From Candidatus Aldehydirespirator sp. (GTDB lineage: Bacteria; Actinomycetota; Acidimicrobiia; Acidimicrobiales; Aldehydirespiratoraceae), in the NCBI GenBank assembly GCA_965204875.1, contig OZ242020.1, forward strand, positions 2,091,729 through 2,155,728: a DNA stretch of 64,000 nucleotides, written 5' to 3'. Below the pieces are notes generated by a model, which searched no databases, was not told where the DNA came from, and saw only the letters and a program-made list of their open reading frames with translations. Position 1 is the first letter of the stretch, and every line of letters begins with the position of its first letter. The translations under genes and the position numbers were made by a program. Below are positions 51,394 through 61,423 of this stretch, piece by piece.

Positions 51394-54300
51394 ATGCTCC
51401 AGTCGGTAGGCAAGAGGCGCTCGGGTTGGGCCGTGCTGGCCGTCGGCGCGTTGGTGGCGTCGCTGCTGGTGGTGGGGTCGGCCCCGGCCGGTGCGGCCGA
51501 GATCAAGGCCGGCCACGACAACACGGCGTCGCCGAACAAGCGGCCCAGCTTCTCGGCCTGCGTGGGTGACGCGATGCGTGACGCCGGGTTCTCCGACACC
51601 GACGGTCTGGTCGCCGAGGACGCGATCAACTGCCTCGCCTACTACGGGATCACCAGGGGCAAGACGGCCGAGCGGTTCGACGCCGGGTCCGAGGTGACGC
51701 GCTCGCAGATGGCGCTGTTCCTGTACAGGGCCGCTGACGTGGCGGGCCTGAATCTGATGGGCGGCACGGGTGCTGCCGACTTCGACGACATCGACGATCT
51801 TGACGAGGAGCGTCAGGACGCCATAAAGGCTCTGGCTCGCAATAACATTCTGACGGGCACCGGTATGGCCTTCAATCCGGATGTGAGCATCACGCGTGCC
51901 CAGATGGCCGTGGCTCTCATCGGGTTCCTGCGGCATGCCAGCCCTGCCCTGTTCCATCAGAGCGGCAGGATGAAGGACCAGCTCATCCTGACTTCGGAAC
52001 AGGCCCTCGACCACTTCGCTGACGCGCGCCGCAGCCTTCCCCGCAGTGTGGACGCTGCGATCTCCTACGCCTACGAGCTCGGCATCACGACGGGCAGCGC
52101 GGCGGGCGCGGACAAGTTCTCGCCGAATGATCCGGTGTTGCGCAAGAATATGGCGTCGTTCATCACGCGGACGTTGGCGCACACGAATGTGCGGCCGGCG
52201 GGTCTGACGGCTCAGGCGGTGGCGGGCACGATCACGGCGTCGATCCGTGACGCGGGGTTCGATCCGGTGAGCAACGAGATCGTGGACGCGTTCTATATCG
52301 CCACCGCGAGCGAGGACAGGGCGTTCAGCGATCTGGGCGCTTGCCGGCCTGCGGTCAAGGCTGTCGACGGCGGTTCGGGTGAGTGCGTGATCGGGGTCGT
52401 TGATCCGGCCACGAACGCCGACGGCAACGTCGCGGTGGGGACCCTGAACGCGACGGCTGTCGGCAAGGGTGTGACTGTGTGGCTGTGGACCGGCGATGCG
52501 GGCGATCGGTTCGACGCCGACCGCGTCGATTCCTACAAGATGCACCTGAAGCCGCAGGCCACGGTCGCGGCGACGAAGATGACGGTCAAGCCGGACATGC
52601 CCGCGCAGGCGCGGTTCGGCACCGAGGTCGTGTTCACGGCGCAGTTGCAGTACACCGACAGCACCGGCGCAGACAAGGACACGTCTGTCGGTACAGATGG
52701 CCGGGGCCCGGCGCGGTACAAGCTGCAGCGCAAGGTGTTCCGTGGAAACCACGACTCCGTGCCGGCCGACAGCCAGATCGTGAGCGTGTCCGAGGAAAAG
52801 TTCCACTGGACCGACTCCGACGGCAAGATCACGTTCGCTCTGACGACGACCGATCCGAACCCGAGCGCTGCCGGTGATTTCCGGACGGTGCAATACACCC
52901 TGACCAACGTGAGCAACGCTCCGACGGGGGATCCGATGACGAAGCTGGTCGTGTTCTCCGATGCGCCGCCGAAGGTGACCACGGTGAAGGCGGAGCCGGC
53001 TCGCAAGTTCGTGGTGCTACCGGCCGCGGGCGCCACGGAGACCAACTCGGTCACCGCCACCGTGCTGGATCAGTACGGTACGCCGATGCGCAACATCTCC
53101 TTGGAGATCAAGAGCAACCTCAACGTCGACGCCAACAACGACAACGATTTCACCGACTCGGGTGACACATTGCGGTCGGAGCTGGTGTCGAAGCGGTCGA
53201 CGGGCTCATCCGGCACGGCGCGTTTCGCTTATACCCACCGGGGCAGCGACACCGCCTCGAAGGAGACGCTCACGGTCACCTACAAGCCGGCGTCGGGCAG
53301 CAACGTGGAGGGCACCGCAGGGGTGTTCTGGTTGAAGCGCGCGACCGACGCGGCGCAGACCACCGCTTTGGAGGTGATCGACGGCGATGTCGCCGCTGAC
53401 ACGGTTGTGCTCGACAGCGACACCGGCGCCGGGGTGACCCCGTTGCAGGTGCGCTATGACGGCAACGACGTCTTCAGGCTGAGCGGCGAGTTCAAGAGCC
53501 TGGCCGAGTTCGAGGCTGCGCTGGCCAAGATCTACGCCCCCGGCGACGCGGTGACCGGGAAGCTGAAGTGGTCCTCCTACAATCCCGACGACGAGGACGA
53601 CATCGCCGAGTTCGACCTCAACGCCTCCGGAGGCGGGTACACCAGCACAACCACCACGACGACTGTTCGTACCGGGAACGCGGCGACGAACTTCACGGTG
53701 AAAAGCGGAAGTGTGACGTTCCCCTCTGGGAGCGAGACGACCTTCGCCACGGCCACCTACGGTGAGAGTTTCGAGATCGTCGTGCAAACCACTGACTCAA
53801 ACGGTGCCAACACTGGGGCGGGCGTTGACGGCAAGACCGCGGCCACCTTCTTACTGCAGTACGTGAGTTTGTCGGAGTTTCCGGTGATAGTCCGCCGCGA
53901 CGGCGCTTCATTCCGATTCTGGTGGGGTGCCACTGCGGGCCGGATCACCTCTCCCGGCGCTCGAACTGCCACCGACACCCGAACATCCGGTATTAACGGT
54001 AGAACGGCCTTCAGCTATATCTTTCCGGATCGCGACCCCGATGTCGTCGGCACCAAGACTGCTTTCGCCTTTGTTATTCGTGCCGGGAACAATGCCCCGG
54101 GCTACACCGAAGACCTGGGCACCACCAAGGCCGTGACCGGACACATCCGGATCTCCGAGCCTCCGCAAGCTGCTCGCGGGGGGGGGGCCGCGACTGACTT
54201 CACGGTGACGTCCGGAGGTGTGACGTTCACATCAGCGTCTGTGACGACCTTCGCTGCGGCCAACTTCGGTGAGACCTTCGATATTGTCGTGCAACTCAAG

Positions 54301-54672
54301 AATGCTCAGGGTGAGAACACCGGGGCGGGTGCTGACGGTACCGGCGCGGCCACGTTCTCGTTGCAGTCGATCCGCATGTCGGATTATCTGGCAAGCGTCA
54401 CACGTTCCGGGAGTTCTTTCAGTTTCGTCTGGGCTACCGTAGCGGGTCGCTATATCGGCGGCAGCCGAACCTCCGCCGAGAGCAAATCAACCGACACTAC
54501 CGGTCGAGCCGTTTTCAGCAATAACTTTAGCGACCACGCCGCCGGCACCGCAGGCACGAAGGGTGCTTTCGCCTTTGTGGTGCGGGCCGGAGATAATGCT
54601 CCTGGCGCGACCGACAATTACGGGACCACCAAGGCGGTGACCGGACACATCCGGCTCTCCGAATCGTCCTAG
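51394..54672 (+). CDS. SLH-domain surface (S-layer-like) protein, paralog 3: signal peptide, 3 SLH repeats, Ig-like modules including two tandem C-terminal roughly 165-aa modules
   Basis: AAAGGAGG precedes ATG 51394 (MLQSVGKRRSGWAVLAVGALVASLLVVGSAPAGAAEI). The SLH region and the middle region are collinear with paralog 2. The track ORF starts at 51184. Confidence 0.85.
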   Translation: MLQSVGKRRSGWAVLAVGALVASLLVVGSAPAGAAEIKAGHDNTASPNKRPSFSACVGDAMRDAGFSDTDGLVAEDAINCLAYYGITRGKTAERFDAGSEVTRSQMALFLYRAADVAGLNLMGGTGAADFDDIDDLDEERQDAIKALARNNILTGTGMAFNPDVSITRAQMAVALIGFLRHASPALFHQSGRMKDQLILTSEQALDHFADARRSLPRSVDAAISYAYELGITTGSAAGADKFSPNDPVLRKNMASFITRTLAHTNVRPAGLTAQAVAGTITASIRDAGFDPVSNEIVDAFYIATASEDRAFSDLGACRPAVKAVDGGSGECVIGVVDPATNADGNVAVGTLNATAVGKGVTVWLWTGDAGDRFDADRVDSYKMHLKPQATVAATKMTVKPDMPAQARFGTEVVFTAQLQYTDSTGADKDTSVGTDGRGPARYKLQRKVFRGNHDSVPADSQIVSVSEEKFHWTDSDGKITFALTTTDPNPSAAGDFRTVQYTLTNVSNAPTGDPMTKLVVFSDAPPKVTTVKAEPARKFVVLPAAGATETNSVTATVLDQYGTPMRNISLEIKSNLNVDANNDNDFTDSGDTLRSELVSKRSTGSSGTARFAYTHRGSDTASKETLTVTYKPASGSNVEGTAGVFWLKRATDAAQTTALEVIDGDVAADTVVLDSDTGAGVTPLQVRYDGNDVFRLSGEFKSLAEFEAALAKIYAPGDAVTGKLKWSSYNPDDEDDIAEFDLNASGGGYTSTTTTTTVRTGNAATNFTVKSGSVTFPSGSETTFATATYGESFEIVVQTTDSNGANTGAGVDGKTAATFLLQYVSLSEFPVIVRRDGASFRFWWGATAGRITSPGARTATDTRTSGINGRTAFSYIFPDRDPDVVGTKTAFAFVIRAGNNAPGYTEDLGTTKAVTGHIRISEPPQAARGGGAATDFTVTSGGVTFTSASVTTFAAANFGETFDIVVQLKNAQGENTGAGADGTGAATFSLQSIRMSDYLASVTRSGSSFSFVWATVAGRYIGGSRTSAESKSTDTTGRAVFSNNFSDHAAGTAGTKGAFAFVVRAGDNAPGATDNYGTTKAVTGHIRLSESS
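54178..54187 (+). repeat. In-frame G10 homopolymer inside SLH paralog 3
   Basis: gctcgc + 10 G + ccgcg encodes ARGGGAA, exactly at the junction between the two C-terminal Ig-like modules. Confidence 0.9.
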
Positions 54673-54703
54673 CAGAAGTCCCGTCCCTACCACCACCACC
54701 GGC

Positions 54704-54736
54704 GGGAGACCCCCAGCCAAGCGGCTGGGGTCTCCC
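54704..54736 (+). terminator. Stem-loop downstream of SLH paralog 3
   Basis: GGGAGACCCCCAGCC - AAGC - GGCTGGGGTCTCCC (14 bp with one bulged C), 32 nt after the stop. Confidence 0.6.
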
Positions 54737-54920
54737 GCGCCGGACGGTCGCACGTGTTGCCGAGCCATGAGCCGGCACGACGGGGTGATGCGCAACTCCC
54801 CGAGCGCGACTCTCTTACCCGTCCGTCCGACACTCGGTGCGTCCGATGTCGCACCCGCTGGTGTAGTGTGCGCTGGCGGTACCACGCAGCGGAGATCGTG
54901 AACGACTATGGGGGTGCATC

Positions 54921-55781
54921 ATGCTGCCTGCCCGGTTCGACTACACAGCAGCGGCCTCGGTGGAGGAGGCCGTCGCGGCCAAGGCGCAGGGGGGTGATGA
55001 GACCCGGTTCCTCGCCGGCGGGCAGAGCCTGCTGCCGATGATGAAGCTGCGCCTGGCGGTTCCGGCACAGCTTGTGGACGTCAACCGCATACCCGGCCTC
55101 GACGCCATCGAGCGCCGCAACGGCCGCCTGCACATCGGTGCGCTGGTGCGCCACGCCGATGTGGCCGCCTCGTCCGAGGCCTTCGGCGCCGTCGCCTCCG
55201 CCGCGCCGTGGATCTCCGACCCGCTCGTGCGCAACCTCGGCACCATGTGCGGGTCGGTCGCGCACTGCGACCCCGAGGGCGACTGGAACTCCGTGCTGCT
55301 GGCCACCGGCGCGCAGGTCGTGGCCCAGGGGCCCTCAGGCTCCCGCAGCATCGCCATCGGTGACTTCGTGCAGGACTTCTTCACCAGCGCCCTGCGCGAC
55401 GACGAGATGGTCACGGCGCTGCACATCCCGGTGCCGCCGGGACGCTCCGGCGGCTCCTATCAGAAGCTGGAGCGAAAGATCGGCGACTACGCCACCGTGG
55501 GGGTGGCCGCCCACCTCGAGCTGGCCGCCGACGGCGCCATCTCGGCCGCCGGCGTGGCCATGACGTCGGTGGCGCCCATCAACCGCAAGGCCGCGGCCGC
55601 CGAGGCGCTGCTGGTGGGCAACCGGCCGAGCGCCGAGCTGTTCGCCGAGGCGGGCGAGGCTGCAGCGGCGGCCGCCGAGCCCCGCGACGACGTCCGCGGC
55701 AGCGCCCGCTGGAAGCGCCGGGTGGTGGCCGCGTTCACCCGCAGAGCGCTTGCCGAAGCGGCCGAGCAGGCCCAGGCGTGA
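54921..55781 (+). CDS. coxM: CO dehydrogenase / xanthine dehydrogenase family, FAD-binding medium subunit
   Basis: 286-aa ORF. MLPARFDYTAAASVEEAV..., FLAGGQSLLPMMKLRL, and the CODH_C-type C-terminus (RGSARWKRRVV). First gene of the M-S-L order. Confidence 0.9.
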   Translation: MLPARFDYTAAASVEEAVAAKAQGGDETRFLAGGQSLLPMMKLRLAVPAQLVDVNRIPGLDAIERRNGRLHIGALVRHADVAASSEAFGAVASAAPWISDPLVRNLGTMCGSVAHCDPEGDWNSVLLATGAQVVAQGPSGSRSIAIGDFVQDFFTSALRDDEMVTALHIPVPPGRSGGSYQKLERKIGDYATVGVAAHLELAADGAISAAGVAMTSVAPINRKAAAAEALLVGNRPSAELFAEAGEAAAAAAEPRDDVRGSARWKRRVVAAFTRRALAEAAEQAQA

Positions 55782-55881
55782 GAGGGGAACCCATGCAGAT
55801 CACCATCAACCGCTGGGTGTGGTACACCCCGTCGACGAGCAGCCGGGCGTGAGAGGGAGACCCATGCAGATCACCATCAAC
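55775..55881 (+). repeat. 36-bp direct repeat (71-bp period) duplicating the coxS RBS and first six codons
   Basis: GGCGTGAGAGGGGAACCCATGCAGATCACCATCAAC (55775-55810) versus GGCGTGAGAGGGAGACCCATGCAGATCACCATCAAC (55846-55881). The first ATG (55793) opens a 19-codon ORF MQITINRWVWYTPSTSSRA ending at TGA 55850-55852. Confidence 0.9.
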
Positions 55882-56380
55882 ATCAACGGAGCCGACCACA
55901 CCGCGGAGGTGGAGTCGCGGTGCCTGCTCGTCGATCACATCCGCACCGGCGCGGGGCTGACCGGCACCCACATCGGCTGTGACACCACGAGCTGCGGGGT
56001 GTGCACCGTGCTGGTCGACGGCACGCCGGTGAAGTCGTGCACGATGCTGGCCGTGCAGGCCGACGGCCGCGCGGTCACCACCGTCGAGGGCCTCAAGTCC
56101 GGCGGCGAGCTGCATCCCATACAGCAGGCGTTCAGCGACGAGCACGGCCTGCAGTGCGGCTTCTGCACCCCGGCCATGATGCTGGTGGGCGCCGCGCTCA
56201 TCGAGGAGAACCCCGCGCCCAGCGACGAGGAGGTGCGCTGGGCGATCTCGGGGAACCTGTGCCGCTGCACCGGCTACATGAACATCGTGAAGGCCATCCA
56301 GGCCGCCGCGGCCGCCGTGTCCGGCGGCGACGGCACCGACAGCGGCGTCCAGAGCGCCGGCAGCCAGGGAGAGACCCGCA

Positions 56381-56388
<8 letters not shown>
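55864..56388 (+). CDS. coxS: CO dehydrogenase small (2Fe-2S) subunit
   Basis: ATG 55864 gives MQITININGADHTAEVESRCLLVDHIR. Cys clusters CDTTSCGVCTV and CGFCTPAMM...CRCTGY. The track ORF 55750 extends artefactually upstream. Confidence 0.9.
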
Positions 56389-58744
<2,356 letters not shown>

Positions 58745-58760
58745 GCGGGCCCGGCCAGGC

Positions 58761-58800
58761 GCTCAGCGTCGGCCCGCGTCGGCGTGGTCACAGTGCCTGT
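58761..58800. repeat. 40-bp copy of the 5' end of the NTase/HEPN-like gene, located just after the coxL stop (partner at 59832-59871)
   Basis: GGCCAGGCGCTCAGCGTCGGCCCGCGTCGGCGTGGTCACA versus TGCCAAGCGTTCGGCATCGGCCCGCGTCGGCGTGGTCACA: 35/40 identical with a 23-nt perfect core. Same orientation, 1071 bp apart. Confidence 0.85.
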
Positions 58801-58921
58801 CCACAGGTGTGCCGGTGCAGCCGTGTGGCCTACGCCCGGATGTCGTCGGTGTGTAGTCAGGTGGCCGCCGGCAGGCAGCGCGCGGTGCAACTGTGTGGCG
58901 CGCTGTTCGCTGAGCCGGGGG

Positions 58922-59869
58922 TCAGTTCTCGGTGCCTGCACACAGGTCGGCTTTGGCTCGCAGCTTCTCGAGCCGCCGGCGGTAGGCGTTGAGGTCGGCC
59001 GCGGCGCGGCCCGGCTCGCTGTAGGTGCGCTCGTACTCGGCGGCGACGTTCGCGGCCAGGCTCAAGGCCGCGTCGCAGTAGGCCGCGGCCATGTCGTAGA
59101 TCCCCTCGGTGGTCAGGTCCAATGCCTCCAGTACCGCCTCGTAGGTTCCCGCCTGCCGCCATGTCGCCGTCGCGTCCAGCAGTGCCTGTGGAACGACGGC
59201 GCACAGCGGCCGCTTGGACTCGGGCATCTGGCTCATCAGCTGCGCGGCTGAGTGGGTCCGCCGGAACGGGAGGCCGCTCATGAGGATCAGGGCCTTGAGG
59301 CCGTGCTCGATGCTCATGGCGCCGCAGGCGCAGACCTTCTTCAGCCTGCGTCGGCGGAATATGTCCAAGCTCTCGGCATCGCCGGCGATCTCGGCGTCCG
59401 CCTCGAACTCATCGGGCAGGTAGTTCAGTGATAGTTGGTGCAGCTCGTCGCCCAGGTCGTCGAGCTTTCCGGCGGTGACTTGCCGCTCTGTGCCGGCCAT
59501 GCCGATCTCCTTGTCCCAGTCGATGCTCCCGTTCGGCTCGTCGAGCAGCGTCACGGTCTCGTTGGCTATGCCGTGCTCGAATGAGTTGCGCACCACCTCG
59601 GTGCGATGCCGCCACTCGGGGCGGTCGGTCACCAGCACGTCCACTTTGTGCCCCGAGCAGTCATATCCGGCCGCGCGCAACGCCTGCCGACGCTCGTAGC
59701 GGCTCTTGTAGTTGCCGAGGTCGTCGTAGAGTGCCACCAGGTCGATGTCGCTGCGGGGCCCCGCGTCGCCGCGTGCCACGGACCCGAAGAGCAGCACGGC
59801 ATTCACATCATGCTCGTCGGCGAACACCTTTGCCAAGCGTTCGGCATCGGCCCGCGTCGGCGTGGTCAC
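58922..59869 (-). CDS. Fused minimal nucleotidyltransferase (MNT-like) plus HEPN-like helical domain protein
   Basis: In-frame GTG 59869 gives (M)TTPTRADAERLAKVFADEHDVNAVLLFGSVARGDAGPRSDIDLVAL (the GS...D.D NTase motif). The C-terminal helical half has GLPFRRTHSAAQL, reminiscent of the HEPN R..H motif. The track ORF to 60025 reads through into the IS end. Confidence 0.7.
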   Translation of the reverse strand: MTTPTRADAERLAKVFADEHDVNAVLLFGSVARGDAGPRSDIDLVALYDDLGNYKSRYERRQALRAAGYDCSGHKVDVLVTDRPEWRHRTEVVRNSFEHGIANETVTLLDEPNGSIDWDKEIGMAGTERQVTAGKLDDLGDELHQLSLNYLPDEFEADAEIAGDAESLDIFRRRRLKKVCACGAMSIEHGLKALILMSGLPFRRTHSAAQLMSQMPESKRPLCAVVPQALLDATATWRQAGTYEAVLEALDLTTEGIYDMAAAYCDAALSLAANVAAEYERTYSEPGRAAADLNAYRRRLEKLRAKADLCAGTEN

Positions 59870-59871
59870 AC
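59832..59871. repeat. Partner of the 58761-58800 direct repeat (covers the start codon region of the NTase/HEPN-like gene)
   Basis: See 58761-58800. Confidence 0.85.
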
Positions 59872-59928
59872 CGCTCAGCGTAACACTCCCCTGATATGCG
59901 CATCTCGGGGCTTCCCCCCGTTTGCCGG

Positions 59929-60837
59929 TCAGGTGGTTAAGGTGTGATACTGGTGTTCGTATTGGTTGGGGGTTTGTTGGTTGATGCTGCTGTGGCGGCG
60001 GGTGGTGTTGTAGCGGGTTAGCCATTGGAAGATGCTGCGGCGTGCTGTGGGGCGGTCTGGGTAGTGGCGCTGGTTGGTGTGTTCGCGTTTGAGGGTGGCG
60101 AAGAAGGCTTCGGCTGCGGCGTTGTCGGCTGAGCTGCCGACGCGGCCGGTGGATTGGAGCATGCCCCAGGATTTCAGGGTTTTCTTGTAGTCGTTGGAGA
60201 GGTATTGGCTGCCACGGTCGGAGTGTACCACAACACCTCGTGTGAGCCCTTTGCGGGTGTGTGCGGCCATTGTCAGTGCGTCTTGTGCTAGTTGGGTGTT
60301 GATGCGGTCGCTCATCTGGTAGCCCAGCAGGCGCCGGCTGCCCAGATCGAGCACCACAGCCAGGTAGAGCCAGCCCTCACCGGTGCGAATGTAGGTGATG
60401 TCCGACACCCACGCCCGATCCGGCGCACCGACACCGAAATCCCGGCGCAGCAGATCAGGCGGCCGCGCATCGGTGTTTCGTGAGGGTGTGGTGGTGCGCT
60501 TGGGGCGCCGCTTGCGGATCCCTGCGATGCCGTTGCTGCGCATCAGCCGCTCCACCCGCTTGTGGTTCACCTTATGGCCTCTGGCCTGCAGTTCCGCCGT
60601 AACGCGCGGCGACCCGTAAACCCCACCCGAAGCATCATGGATGCCGCGGATCTCGGCCACCATCTGCGCCTCGGCCCGCTCGGCTGCCGTCGGACCCCGC
60701 CGCTGCCGGCGGTGCCACCCATAGAACGCCTGCGGCGACACGCGGGCGGCCTCACAGCACAACCTCGTCGGGAATCCCATGGCCCTTTGAGCCAGCACCC
60801 ACCGATAGCGGGTCACTGTCCCAACTCCCTCACCCAA
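59929..60837 (-). CDS. IS3-family transposase OrfB (DDE integrase core)
   Basis: 302-aa ORF. WVSDITYIRTGEGWLYLAVVLDLGSRRLLGY (first D), HSDRGSQYLS (second D), and the NAAAEAFFATLKRE region (E). In the -1 frame relative to orfA. Confidence 0.9.
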   Translation of the reverse strand: MGEGVGTVTRYRWVLAQRAMGFPTRLCCEAARVSPQAFYGWHRRQRRGPTAAERAEAQMVAEIRGIHDASGGVYGSPRVTAELQARGHKVNHKRVERLMRSNGIAGIRKRRPKRTTTPSRNTDARPPDLLRRDFGVGAPDRAWVSDITYIRTGEGWLYLAVVLDLGSRRLLGYQMSDRINTQLAQDALTMAAHTRKGLTRGVVVHSDRGSQYLSNDYKKTLKSWGMLQSTGRVGSSADNAAAEAFFATLKREHTNQRHYPDRPTARRSIFQWLTRYNTTRRHSSINQQTPNQYEHQYHTLTT

Positions 60838-61154
60838 AAGGCCGTTGCTCGTTTGAGCAGCTCACGCTCCTGACGCAAACGCACGTTCTCACGCCGCAGG
60901 CTCACCAGCTCCGCCCGCTCCGCCGTCGTGAGACCCTCACGCTCACCGGCATCGACGCGCGCCTGGCGCACCCAGTTCCCCAGATTCGACGCCCCCACCC
61001 CCAACGCCCGAGCCACCGACGCGATACTCCGACCCTCCTCAAGCACCAACGCCACCGCATCAGCCTTGAACTCCCCCGGAAACACCCGCCGCACCCGACC
61101 CGGACCCGCACGCGCCAGATGCTGCTGCTGCTGCTGATCATCCATAGACGACAT
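60813..61154 (-). CDS. IS3-family transposase OrfA (HTH)
   Basis: 113-aa ORF. FPGEFKADAVALVLEEGRSIASVARALGVGASNLGNWVRQ (HTH), then a leucine-zipper-like LVSLRRENVRLRQERELLKRA. Overlaps orfB by 25 nt. Confidence 0.9.
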   Translation of the reverse strand: MSSMDDQQQQQHLARAGPGRVRRVFPGEFKADAVALVLEEGRSIASVARALGVGASNLGNWVRQARVDAGEREGLTTAERAELVSLRRENVRLRQERELLKRATAFWVRELGQ

Positions 61155-61423
61155 GCCTACCTCCTAAACGAGGTGACCGGTCAACGGGGGGAAGCCCCCT
61201 CTGCGTGGCGTGGCATTGCACCGCTCGCCGGGATGGGCGGGGGTTCGACGAGCCGTCAATCCGACATGACAAGGAGGAGGGGGGTCTACAGGTGGCACCG
61301 CCGGTCTGGATGGGCGAGGGTTCGGCGAGAGGTGTTGCAGTTGGGCGGTGCGGCGTCGTGTGTGGGTGGGGTTCGTCGTTTGCGCCACGAGGCAACTCGG
61401 GGGAATAGGCTGGTGAGCGAGAC

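Larger units (their letters stand above)
59907..61198 (-). mobile_element. IS3-family insertion sequence (1292 bp), apparently intact, with terminal inverted repeats and a 3-bp target duplication
   Basis: Left end GGGGCTTCCCCCCGTTTGCCGGTCAGGTGG versus the reverse complement of the right end GGGGCTTCCCCCCGTTGACCGGTCACCTCG. Flanked by CTC (59904-59906) and CTC (61199-61201). Two overlapping transposase ORFs in 0/-1 frames. Confidence 0.9.

Noticed and set aside
58922-60025. 367-aa version of the NTase/HEPN-like ORF beginning inside the IS3 element
   Set aside because: The first roughly 52 codons (MANPLQHHPPPQQHQPTNPQ...) cross the IS inverted repeat at 59907 and are read-through of IS sequence. 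The in-frame GTG 59869 precedes the conserved domain.
61237-61250. tRNA-like T-arm sequence GCGGGGGTTCGACG right of the IS (a possible tRNA or att site)
   Set aside because: There is no complementary 3' half of a T stem, no acceptor or anticodon arms in the surrounding 90 nt, and no CCA-proximal pairing.
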